Shown piece by piece: positions 51,693 to 60,525 of a stretch of 64,000 bases of DNA. The position numbers and the translations under genes are program-made. The notes beneath the pieces are model-generated. The model was not told the origin of the DNA. It searched no databases and was given only the letters and a program-made list of their open reading frames with translations. How positions within the stretch are numbered: position 1 is the stretch's first letter; every line of letters starts with the position of its first letter. Source of the DNA: Alphaproteobacteria bacterium (lineage in GTDB: Bacteria > Pseudomonadota > Alphaproteobacteria > GCA-2731375). The stretch covers positions 6,608 through 70,607 of the forward strand of contig JASMDX010000034.1 in assembly GCA_030752605.1 (NCBI GenBank). The letters are read 5' to 3'.

Positions 51693-52553
51693 TTATTCCA
51701 GCCCCTTCAATTGCGCGCGGCCATCCGCCAATACTAGCTTGTCCCGTGCCAGAACCCAGGTCTCGAATTGTACCGCCGCGCCATCGCGCCAAAGATAGGT
51801 CGTCAGCGCCTCGCCAGGATAAACTGGTGCCGCGAAGGCAGCCGAGAAGTGTTTCAGGCGTTGCCCGTCATCGTCGCCGGCTGTCTGCAAGACCGCCCTG
51901 CAGGCATGCCCCCAGGTCGACAAGCCATGCATGATCGGTCCGGAGAAACCCTGCTGCCGGGCTACGGATGGCGTGGAATGGATTTTTGCCCGCCCACCCA
52001 GCAAACGGTAAATCAGGGCGACCTGGGGCGATGTCGCGATTGATACGGTGGCATCCGCGGCCCGTTCTGGCCTTGCCTGGCCGGCCGGGCGCCGCCCCGT
52101 GGGCGCGCCATCAACGCGGAACTCTCGGGCCAGGTAGCTGGCTTGCAAACGTGCCAGTACGGCGCCGCCGTCGGCGTTTCTGATCGTGGTCTCGGCGGCC
52201 AATATGGTGGCGTTCTGTTTCGGTTTATCCATTGCGCCGACGATACGGTTGTCCGCCCGCAGCTGGGCTGAAAGGGGAAGCGCCTGATGAATTTCCATGC
52301 CTTGTGACAAATGGATCAGTTTCGGCCACTCGATGCCCAATTCCAGGACAAAGGCAATATCCCACGCCGCGACCGAGGCGAAGGTAGGGAACACCGCCAG
52401 GTTGTCTTCCAAGACGAATTGCAGCTGCCGCTCATCAACTGGATCCAAGCCCAGCCCGATACCTAGTGCATATAGAATTATCTGGTCCTGGCCATAGCTA
52501 AAAGATTTGTCCAGGCTTTGGTGTTGCAGCAGATCTCGATACGTCAATGTCAT
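51693..52553 (-). CDS. MaoC double hot-dog (hydratase-2-like) protein
   Basis: ILYALGIG, VFPTF, PIMHGL and PVYPGE motifs; catalytic motif is atypical. Confidence 0.85.
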   Translation of the reverse strand: MTLTYRDLLQHQSLDKSFSYGQDQIILYALGIGLGLDPVDERQLQFVLEDNLAVFPTFASVAAWDIAFVLELGIEWPKLIHLSQGMEIHQALPLSAQLRADNRIVGAMDKPKQNATILAAETTIRNADGGAVLARLQASYLAREFRVDGAPTGRRPAGQARPERAADATVSIATSPQVALIYRLLGGRAKIHSTPSVARQQGFSGPIMHGLSTWGHACRAVLQTAGDDDGQRLKHFSAAFAAPVYPGEALTTYLWRDGAAVQFETWVLARDKLVLADGRAQLKGLE

Positions 52554-52689
52554 GGTCAGGTGTCGATTTTGCTCTCAGATTGTCGCCTGGTTCGTATGCT
52601 GAAGGATAGCGGCAAATCTTGGCGCCAGGTACACATAGTTGCTGCCCCGCCACATTGCCCCCCACGAATTCTTCCAGAAATCGCCGCGT

Positions 52690-52955
52690 GCCGGTCTAAC
52701 CGCCGCCCATCGGGACACGCATTTTGCTTCGCTGGGCGGACTGGCGCCGGGTCAAGTCATCACGCTGCGCCGGGTCGATGGGTGCGGCATCGTTTCCGCA
52801 TAACCAAAGGACGGATCATGGATGCCCGAATGGCGCGTCCGAATGTCCGGAGCAGGCCGCCGCGCTTGGCCCTGGTCACCTGCTGGCCTCTTGATAGCCC
52901 GGTCCCGGGTGGGCCATTGCGCTTCGTGCTTTTTGCCGATCTCATAGCAACTTCG
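52690..52955 (+). pseudogene. Frameshifted, 5'-truncated proteobacterial sortase
   Basis: AAHRDTHFASLGGLAPGQVITL, a frameshift at about 52780, then LALVTCWPLDSPVPGGPLRFVLFA (His/Cys/Arg triad). Confidence 0.8.
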
Positions 52956-53106
52956 TGCCAACATCACCAGAACACCATTCCAACAGGTTTGCGCCAACAT
53001 TCCCGAACACAAAATCGTCACAATTGGGTCCTTGAACCGTCATCATTCCAGAACAATATTAGACTGAAATGCATCCTGGGGACCCGGGCGAGGGAGGAAA
53101 AGGCAG

Positions 53107-53358
53107 ATGAGGATCTATCGCTATTCGGCGCGGGCCGCCCAATTTGATCGGGATGCTTTGTTCCCGGCGGTTCTGGCCGGCCTGTTGGGCCTGTGGGCTT
53201 TGATCGCCATGGCCGTTGACTGTAATCCGAAATTGTTGACCGAGGGCAAAAATCAAGCCGCGGCGTCCTATGTCCCCTGCGAACCGACTGAAGCCAGGGC
53301 GCCGGGAAAGCTGCTGCGTTGCACGCTTGCGACCGCTACGAAGCCCAGGGATATTTAG
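53107..53358 (+). CDS. Small hypothetical membrane protein
   Basis: 83 aa with one TM segment; GGAGG/AAGG upstream; ends 3 nt before the next ATG. Confidence 0.55.
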   Translation: MRIYRYSARAAQFDRDALFPAVLAGLLGLWALIAMAVDCNPKLLTEGKNQAAASYVPCEPTEARAPGKLLRCTLATATKPRDI

Positions 53359-53361
53359 AGC

Positions 53362-54087
53362 ATGCGCCTCCGAATTCTGCTGCTGGGCCTAATTCTTGGC
53401 CTGATCGCGGCACCGGCGTGGGCCGGCGAGAGTCCCCGGCACGGTGCACATCACAATTATGCCATGGGGCGCAGCATCGCCGTCCAGGGCCTGGGCGTGG
53501 TCAGTGTGCGGCCCGACGTCGCGGTCATTCAGGCCGGTGTCACGACCCAGGCGGCTAGCGCCAAGGCGGCCTTGGCCGAGCATCACAAGGTGATGTCCAA
53601 TCTGTTGGTGGAATTGGATAAATTCGGTTTGGCTGCGCGCGATGTGCAGAGCCAGCAGGTCAATCTGCGGGCCATTTATCCCCACCGTAAGAACAATCAG
53701 GACGCCGCGCCGGTGCCAAGCGCATTCCGGGCCATGGGCAATCTGCGTGTACGGTTGCGGCAGGTCGACCGGCTGGGCGATTTGTTGGACCAGTTGACCA
53801 ACGCCGGCGCCAACAGCATCTCGGGCCTGCATTTTGCCATTAGCGAACCTGGGCCCTTGCAGGACAAGGCCCGCAAGCTGGCGGTCCAGGATGCCCGCCG
53901 CCGGGCGCTGCTCTATGCGGGCGAGGCCGGCGTGCATTTGGGCGAAGTGCTGCGGATCAGGGAGGGCGGCGCCTCAGGCCCGGTCCGGGAATTCAGGGTT
54001 ATGGCGGCCAGCGGTTCACAGAGCTCGACCGCGCCGGGCGAGAAGGAAATCCGCATGGCGGTTGGGGTCGTTTTCGCGATCAAATAA
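53362..54087 (+). CDS. SIMPL (DUF541) domain periplasmic protein
   Basis: Signal peptide; VQGLGVVSVRPD, AGANSISG and AVQDARRRA motifs. Confidence 0.9.
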   Translation: MRLRILLLGLILGLIAAPAWAGESPRHGAHHNYAMGRSIAVQGLGVVSVRPDVAVIQAGVTTQAASAKAALAEHHKVMSNLLVELDKFGLAARDVQSQQVNLRAIYPHRKNNQDAAPVPSAFRAMGNLRVRLRQVDRLGDLLDQLTNAGANSISGLHFAISEPGPLQDKARKLAVQDARRRALLYAGEAGVHLGEVLRIREGGASGPVREFRVMAASGSQSSTAPGEKEIRMAVGVVFAIK

Positions 54088-54091
54088 GCGT

Positions 54092-56035
54092 TTAGCTATC
54101 GATATTCACGGGCAGCGGTAGACGGCCCTTGATGATCTTGCGCGTCGGGGTCAAGGGCATTTCATCCAACAGCACAAGATGCTCGGGCAGCTTGGTCTTG
54201 GCGATGCCGTGGCTCAATAGATAGTCACACAGCATATCCAATTCGATCTCCGGATCGGAAGAGACCGCGAAGCAACAGGCTCGCTCACCCAGGGCTTTGT
54301 CGGGCATGGGCACGATGGCGGATTGCGAGATGGCAGGATGGCTGTCGAGCAGATCTTCGATTTCACGGGGATTATATTTTACGCCGCCACGGTTGATGAT
54401 TTCCTTGATCCGGCCCGTGATGGCGAAGTTACCGTTGCCGTCCTGGCTGGCCAGATCGCCGCTGCGGAACCAGCCGTCGGGAGTGAAGGCGGCGGCGTTG
54501 GCATCCGGATTATCGAAATAGCCGGGAAACAGCATCGAGCCGCGAACCTGCAATTCGCCGTCCTCACCGATCCGCGCCTCGGCGCCCGGCGCGGGCTGGC
54601 CAGCGGAAGTAGCGGAGATTTCAATGCCGTCGCCGGGCCGGCAGTACAGTCCGCCCTGGGTCTCCGTCATGCCCCACAGCTGGGTAATCTCACAATTTGG
54701 CAGCTTGGCGGAGGCCGCCCGCGCCATATCCTCAGGCACCGCGCTACCCGAGAGTATGGCCAGTTTAAGGGTGCTACAATCATGCTTGTCAAACAGCCCC
54801 ATAACCAGGCAGGCGGCCATGTGTGCCGGTGCCGCCAACAGGGCGGTGGCCCGGCCGGCCTCTATCGCTGCGGCCAGATCGGGCGGCGTGAAGTTGGGCA
54901 GCAATAGATTTGCCGCGCCGATATGGAACGACATATGCAGGGCATAAAGGCCGAATAGATGCCCGAAGGGAGGCGCCGACATGATTACATCGTCGGGTCC
55001 CAGTTGATGCGCGCCGACGCCCAGGCGGCCGTTACCCAGCATCGTGTGTGAGTTATGCGGTACCGCCTTGGGCGAGGCCGTGGTGCCGGAGGTATAAAGC
55101 AGCAACATCGGGTCCGCCGCTACGGGTTGCGGCAATCCCAGCGCATCGGCGCCGGTATCCGTTCCGGCCAGATCCGCGAAGGGCACAGCGCCCGTCACTG
55201 GTACGCCGATGGCGATCACGCTTTGTAGTTTCGGCAGGTCTAAACTCAGGGCCGCCTGGGCGGCAGGGAAACCGCCCGCATCCGCCAGACAGATCAGCGC
55301 CCGGGCCCGGCTGTGGCCCAACAAGGTTTCGAATTCCCGCTCTCTGTGCGGCATGTAGAGCGTCGTCATCACGGCGCCCAGGCGGGCGATGGCCAGATAG
55401 CTGATGACATATTCGGCCACGTTGGGCAATTGCACCGCGATGACATCGCCCCGGCCCAGGCCAAGGCCGTGTAGGCCGCCCGCCAGGCGGTCCACTCGGG
55501 CCCATAGATCGGCGTAGCTGATCATGGTTTTGTCCTGAATGAGCAGCGCCGGCGCATCGCCGCGTTCTGCCGCATGGCGGGTGAGGAGGCCAGACAAGGT
55601 ATCGTTGTTCCACCAGCCCTGTTCGCTGTAATGATGGGCCCGCCCGGGATCGAAGGCCATGGCATCGCGCAAGGCGAGGGCGTCGTCGTGATATTGAAAG
55701 CGTTCCTCATGGGGCATGAAGCGTTCCTCGCGAAAACGTTTGCCGCCGCCCAGGTCCAGCAGGCGTTGAAAGTGATTTGTGTGAAAGCGCCGCCGTTCCA
55801 TCATGGTGCGGATATAAATCACCTGAATTTCACTCAGGCCGATCCGTTCGGCGATTTGGCCGTCGCTCATGCCCCGTTCATGGCGGCTTGCCGCGATGGC
55901 GTCGAAATCCAACTCGCGGATTGGATCGCCGCGGCGGCTTTGTTTGTTGTGGCTAATCTCGAAGATCAGCTCGCCATAGCTCTCGATCATGGCGGCGGTG
56001 ACGCCGATCTGCCGGCGGTTTAGACCCTGTGCCAT
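54092..56035 (-). CDS. Acyl/aryl-CoA ligase (AMP-binding) with N-terminal HTH-like extension
   Basis: Start at MAQGLN after GGAGG; YTSGTTASPK, WGMTE, FRSGD and TPTRKI motifs; N-terminal GMSDGQIAERIGLSEIQV. Confidence 0.88.
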   Translation of the reverse strand: MAQGLNRRQIGVTAAMIESYGELIFEISHNKQSRRGDPIRELDFDAIAASRHERGMSDGQIAERIGLSEIQVIYIRTMMERRRFHTNHFQRLLDLGGGKRFREERFMPHEERFQYHDDALALRDAMAFDPGRAHHYSEQGWWNNDTLSGLLTRHAAERGDAPALLIQDKTMISYADLWARVDRLAGGLHGLGLGRGDVIAVQLPNVAEYVISYLAIARLGAVMTTLYMPHREREFETLLGHSRARALICLADAGGFPAAQAALSLDLPKLQSVIAIGVPVTGAVPFADLAGTDTGADALGLPQPVAADPMLLLYTSGTTASPKAVPHNSHTMLGNGRLGVGAHQLGPDDVIMSAPPFGHLFGLYALHMSFHIGAANLLLPNFTPPDLAAAIEAGRATALLAAPAHMAACLVMGLFDKHDCSTLKLAILSGSAVPEDMARAASAKLPNCEITQLWGMTETQGGLYCRPGDGIEISATSAGQPAPGAEARIGEDGELQVRGSMLFPGYFDNPDANAAAFTPDGWFRSGDLASQDGNGNFAITGRIKEIINRGGVKYNPREIEDLLDSHPAISQSAIVPMPDKALGERACCFAVSSDPEIELDMLCDYLLSHGIAKTKLPEHLVLLDEMPLTPTRKIIKGRLPLPVNIDS

Positions 56036-56036
56036 G

Positions 56037-56942
56037 TCAGGCCTCCGCTTTCGCTTTAGACCGGCGAATGGGATCGGCCAATGAGGCCTTGGTGGCGATG
56101 GGGCAGACCCGCATGCATTCAAAACACTGCGCCAGCAAGCCGCCGGAACCCACCGACATTTTGTACCAGAGCATCTTGTTGTCGGGATCGAACAGTGCTT
56201 CTTCCCGGCCCTGGCCGTCTTCCGCGGCCATGGCCCGCTCCAACAACGCGGGCACGGCCTCGTACTGTTGACTCATCTCGGCGCAGGCAGCCATGTCGTA
56301 GTGCATTTCCGCCTGCTTGCCGGCCTCGTCGATCCCACCAGAGAGGCATTGCACGGGGCAGAATTTCTGGCACGGGGTGCGCCCGGCTTGGCGGTACATG
56401 GAAACACAGGACGGCGCCGGGCATGGGTTTTGGGCCATGGGCCGGTCGGGGGGTAATTCCAGCTCGGTAAAGATCGAGGCGAAATACATGTAGCCAAATT
56501 CAGGATGCAGCAGGATATCGCCAGCCAGTGACCGCGCCCCGATGCCGGCGACTTCCGCGTGCAGTTTCAGGCTTTGCAGCGGCACGCGGGGGCCTTTTTC
56601 GTTGTCCATGTCGGGCGGGCAATAGATCGCCGGTGTCTGGTATTTGCTCTCAATGAAAAAGGCGGCGCCATAGGAAATGGTATAGGCCCGCGTTTCGGTG
56701 GAGCCGAAATAACCCATGGCCTTGGCTGGCACAGCCCAGGCTCCCTGGGTCTGACCGCCGACGCCAAGAGAGATTACCGATTTGATCTTTGGCATGATAT
56801 CCGAGGGGCGGTGGCCGGGTGGTGCGATTAGCTCCAACGCGTCCAAATCGGCCACACCAGCCGCCAGAGCACCCTTGCGCAGGCAATAGTCCAGGACCGT
56901 CTGTTTCGCTTCGGTTGCGTCGAATTTCGTCCCGTTGGCCAC
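56037..56942 (-). CDS. QueG/reductive dehalogenase-like Fe-S protein
   Basis: AGVAD..HRPSDIMP..KSVIS, AEVAGIG..LHPEFG..IFTELELPPDRP, CPAPSC..CQKFCP and CFECMRVCP motifs; GTG start after GGAGA (alternatives 56957, 56969). Confidence 0.78.
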   Translation of the reverse strand: MANGTKFDATEAKQTVLDYCLRKGALAAGVADLDALELIAPPGHRPSDIMPKIKSVISLGVGGQTQGAWAVPAKAMGYFGSTETRAYTISYGAAFFIESKYQTPAIYCPPDMDNEKGPRVPLQSLKLHAEVAGIGARSLAGDILLHPEFGYMYFASIFTELELPPDRPMAQNPCPAPSCVSMYRQAGRTPCQKFCPVQCLSGGIDEAGKQAEMHYDMAACAEMSQQYEAVPALLERAMAAEDGQGREEALFDPDNKMLWYKMSVGSGGLLAQCFECMRVCPIATKASLADPIRRSKAKAEA

Positions 56943-57093
56943 GTTGTATTCTCCCATATTACCAGGCAATCCTACGGCGCTTCGTCATGCTTGGAAAGAT
57001 GAACCTAGGATAAACGGCCCTCTCAGATCCTATTCAGGCGGGCGATGGCATGGTGCGGACATTGATGACGAAAAACCGGAATTGGAGACCGCT

Positions 57094-57605
57094 ATGAAGA
57101 CCGCCAAGCCCGTTGGCCGCCGCACAACCGCTGTCACGGCAGCTCCCATTGCCGCTCTGACAGCCACCGCCATACTATTAAGTGCTTGTATCACGACCGA
57201 GGCCCCGAAACAGGGCGCGGGTACGCTCTTGGGCCGGTTGGCGGCGCCTTGGCGGGCTCGCAGGTGGGTAAGGGCCGTGGCCGGCTCGTTGCCGTGGCCG
57301 CCGGTACCATTCTGGGCGCCTTCGGCGGCGCCGAGATTGGCCGTTCGTTGGATCGGGCCGACCGTATCGCCCTGGCCAATGCCCAGGAGCAAGCCCACTT
57401 CGCACCTGTTGGCGAGACCATTGAATGGTCCAATCCCGACAACGGCCATCACGGCGAAATTCTTGCCACCCGCGAGGGCCGGTCCAGCAGTGGACGTTAT
57501 TGCTGGGAATATCAATACGGTGTGGTGATCAACGATCAGGTATAGCAAGCCTATGGCACCGCCTGCCGGCAACCTGATGGTAGTTGGCAGGTGATCGACG
57601 GTTAA
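57094..57605 (+). pseudogene. Disrupted glycine-zipper lipoprotein (17 kDa surface antigen-like)
   Basis: Lipobox LSAC, a frameshift near 57230, a glycine zipper, WSNPDNG, a premature TAG at 57543, then AYGTACRQPDGSWQ. Confidence 0.85.
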
Positions 57606-57698
57606 TGTGTCACACAACAACATGGTGAAAATTAGTGGCCAAATCGTTTCGATTTTCGTATGAGTGTTGCAGCGTATGAATGAGGAGCCTGTGGTCCC

Positions 57699-58031
57699 GT
57701 GACGACAGTAATGGTCGCAAAATTCCAGATCGGTGATGTCGTTAAGCACCGTATCCACCCCTTTCGGGGCGTGGTGTTTGATGTGGATCCGGTCTTCGCC
57801 AATTCCGAGGAATGGCTGATGTCCATTCCTGAGAAAGTCCGACCCCGGCGCGAGCAGCCGTTCTATCATCTGCTGGCGGAGAACGCGCAAACCACATATG
57901 TAGCCTATGTCTCGGAGCAGAATTTACTGACTGATGACAATGGCGATCCGGTGCGTCATCCGGAGGTCGATGAGTATTTCACGGGTATCGAGGACGGCCG
58001 CTACGTCCGGCGGGATTTGCCAATAAATTAG
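57699..58031 (+). CDS. hspQ: Heat shock protein HspQ
   Basis: AKFQIGDVVKHR, RGVVFDVDP, QPFYHLL and AYVSEQNL motifs. Confidence 0.93.
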   Translation: MTTVMVAKFQIGDVVKHRIHPFRGVVFDVDPVFANSEEWLMSIPEKVRPRREQPFYHLLAENAQTTYVAYVSEQNLLTDDNGDPVRHPEVDEYFTGIEDGRYVRRDLPIN

Positions 58032-58079
58032 GTTGTTTTCGATATTCATCGAAGCGCCGGGCCGGGGGAGCGGCACGCT

Positions 58080-59594
58080 TTAGCGCGCCTTGATTCTGAC
58101 GAATAGTAGGAACGGCGCGGCGCCGAGGCAGATCAGCGCGTACAGCAGAAATGCGTTTGAATAACCGATCATGGTGGACTGGCGGCCGACTTCGGAACTA
58201 ATCGCGGCCAGACCCCGCACGGTATCAGGGTTCCAAAATCCCAGACTGGATGGGAAATCCAATATTTTATTGAGGGGGCTGATGTGTTCGGTCAGCTCGG
58301 CGTAATTGACCTTGGAAGTCCGGACCACCGTCATCACGCTTAGGGATATAAAAATGGAGGAGCCGAAATTGCGCAGTAAATGGAACAGCGCCGAGCCTTC
58401 CGCCAGCCTGCTGGCCGGCAGCGAGGCAAAGGTCACGACGGAAAGCGGCACCCACATCACGCCGGTGCCAATACCCTGAATAACGCCTGCCACGCCAACG
58501 GCAAGCGGCGAGACGTCGAGATTGAAACCCGACATCTGCCAGCCGCTCCAGCCGATCAGGCCCAGGCCCAGGAACAACCCCACCCTGGGGTCGAAACGGC
58601 CCATCAATGCGGCGGTGAAAAAGCCGATCACCATGCCGGCGCCGCGCATCGCCAACAGCATGCCGATCAGGGAGTCCGGATAGCCTTTCAGATTTTGCAG
58701 CATTGAGGGAAACAGTACCGTCGGCGTGACATTCAAGAGTCCGTATACGAAAACTAGGAACAGACCGACGTTGAAGTTCCGGTCGGCGAATATCACGGGA
58801 GAGATAAACGGTTCGGGGTGGCTCATCATCTGTACTATGAAAAGATAGAACCCCACGGCCATCAATGCGGCGACGATTATTATTTCGCCGGATTCAAACC
58901 AGTATTCCCGCTCGCCCCGGTCCATCATTAACTGCAGGCAGGTCACGGCGACGGAGAGGGCCAGAAAACCTGTCCAATCCAGGCGAAGTTTACGCTTGGG
59001 GCCTGAATCGTGAATGAAGGCCACCAGGCCGATCAAGGCCGCGACGCAGAGCGGCAGGATCAGGATAAAGATCCAGCGCCAATTGTATTCCTCCGCCAGA
59101 TAGCCGCCGATCATCGGTGCGATGGCTGGTCCAATGACCACGGACATGCCGAAAATGCCCTGTGCCATCGCCCGCTGGCTGGGGGGATAGGCAGCAACAA
59201 TGATGGCCTGCGACAGAGGTACCAGCGGTGCGCCGAAGATGCCCTGGCCGATCCGATACAGCAGCAATGGCGCCAAGGTGGTCGCGGTGGCGCACAGCAT
59301 TGAGGACAGGCCGAAACCGATGACCGCGACGATCAAGACCCGGCGCTCGCCAAAGCGGGCGACGATCCAGCCGGTCATTGGCGTGGCGACGGCGGTGGCG
59401 ACCACATTCAGCGTGATTACCCAGGAAACCTGATCCGGCGTTGCCGAAAGCGCGCCCTGTAACTGCGGCAGGGCGACGTTGACGATGGTTAGCGTCAGGG
59501 CATAGAGCATGGTGCACAGCGACATGGTCAGCAGAATGATCGCCCGCTGATAGGCTGTCCGCGCCACTACCTCTTCGGCCGCTGTGGTACTCAT
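58080..59594 (-). CDS. DHA2-family MFS efflux permease
   Basis: VNVALPQLQGALSA, GPAIAPMIGG and MDRGEREYW motifs. Confidence 0.9.
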   Translation of the reverse strand: MSTTAAEEVVARTAYQRAIILLTMSLCTMLYALTLTIVNVALPQLQGALSATPDQVSWVITLNVVATAVATPMTGWIVARFGERRVLIVAVIGFGLSSMLCATATTLAPLLLYRIGQGIFGAPLVPLSQAIIVAAYPPSQRAMAQGIFGMSVVIGPAIAPMIGGYLAEEYNWRWIFILILPLCVAALIGLVAFIHDSGPKRKLRLDWTGFLALSVAVTCLQLMMDRGEREYWFESGEIIIVAALMAVGFYLFIVQMMSHPEPFISPVIFADRNFNVGLFLVFVYGLLNVTPTVLFPSMLQNLKGYPDSLIGMLLAMRGAGMVIGFFTAALMGRFDPRVGLFLGLGLIGWSGWQMSGFNLDVSPLAVGVAGVIQGIGTGVMWVPLSVVTFASLPASRLAEGSALFHLLRNFGSSIFISLSVMTVVRTSKVNYAELTEHISPLNKILDFPSSLGFWNPDTVRGLAAISSEVGRQSTMIGYSNAFLLYALICLGAAPFLLFVRIKAR

Positions 59595-59826
59595 ACTTGA
59601 GGCTATCGTCTTTTCATGATCGTTTGGCGGCGCTCTGACCGCTGTTTAGTCCGAGCGGCTTGTGTTGCCCTCGTCCATCACTAACTGCGTGAGAACCGGC
59701 TGTTCCGGGGATCAGAGTAGCGGCTTGGCTTTGCCATGGCAATCAGACGCCAAGCGGCGCCGGCGCGATAACGGACGATGGGTAAACGACGGTTTGCACC
59801 GCGACATGGTCAAGAACGAAAACGCT

Positions 59827-60318
59827 CTAGTTGAAGGTGGCTTTTACCAATTGGTAGTAGGGCCAGCCGGCCAGAACAGTTTGGACCACCTTGGTGACGA
59901 TGGAACTGCCTGTTATGGGCTCTTCCAACTGGTGCTCTGCCCAATGACGAAAGCGGCCCCGTTCCGTTAACACGTATTTGCCAGCGGGCAGTTCCTTGGA
60001 CGGGCCATGGAGCTGTTTCAAATACGACCGCCAGGCGCTGTTTTCAATAGTGAAGGGCAGGGGCCCAAGGTCCGTGGGCAGTTCCAGAAAAATCTTGGAT
60101 CCACGCTCCAAGATCTGGCAGAAAATGGCCATGCCTTGCCAGTCGAAACGAAAAGCAATGGGCAGATTGGCGGACATGTCGCCGATGGCCGAGCCGGCCT
60201 TGTCCTGGGCTTCATTCAGATTGGAATAATTCGCCGCGTCGTTCTCGGCATGCATGTCCGGCATCGCGGCCGCCATGTTCCAATCTTCCGAAAAGTCTTC
60301 CTGATAATCCACCGGCAT
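59827..60318 (-). CDS. Hypothetical protein
   Basis: 163 aa with a GGAG RBS; no recognised motif. Confidence 0.65.
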   Translation of the reverse strand: MPVDYQEDFSEDWNMAAAMPDMHAENDAANYSNLNEAQDKAGSAIGDMSANLPIAFRFDWQGMAIFCQILERGSKIFLELPTDLGPLPFTIENSAWRSYLKQLHGPSKELPAGKYVLTERGRFRHWAEHQLEEPITGSSIVTKVVQTVLAGWPYYQLVKATFN

Positions 60319-60525
60319 AGACCCGCTCTCCGTTATCTCGGCGATTACAACGCGATGGAGTTAACTTCATGTAAACGAAACGCTTTTTAGCGCCTACTTT
60401 TCCCCAAAGCGGGCCATTAAGAGGTTTGCGACGTACGCATGGGTTTCTAATTGCCCAGTTTGATACTACATATCTCTCTAATGGCGCAGTGGCGTGGCGC
60501 ATTTGATTTGGGATGAAGGATTAAC

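Noticed and set aside
53031-53060. RpoH-like promoter (CTTGAA..CAATAT) before the small ORF and SIMPL gene
   Set aside because: The -10 match is too weak.
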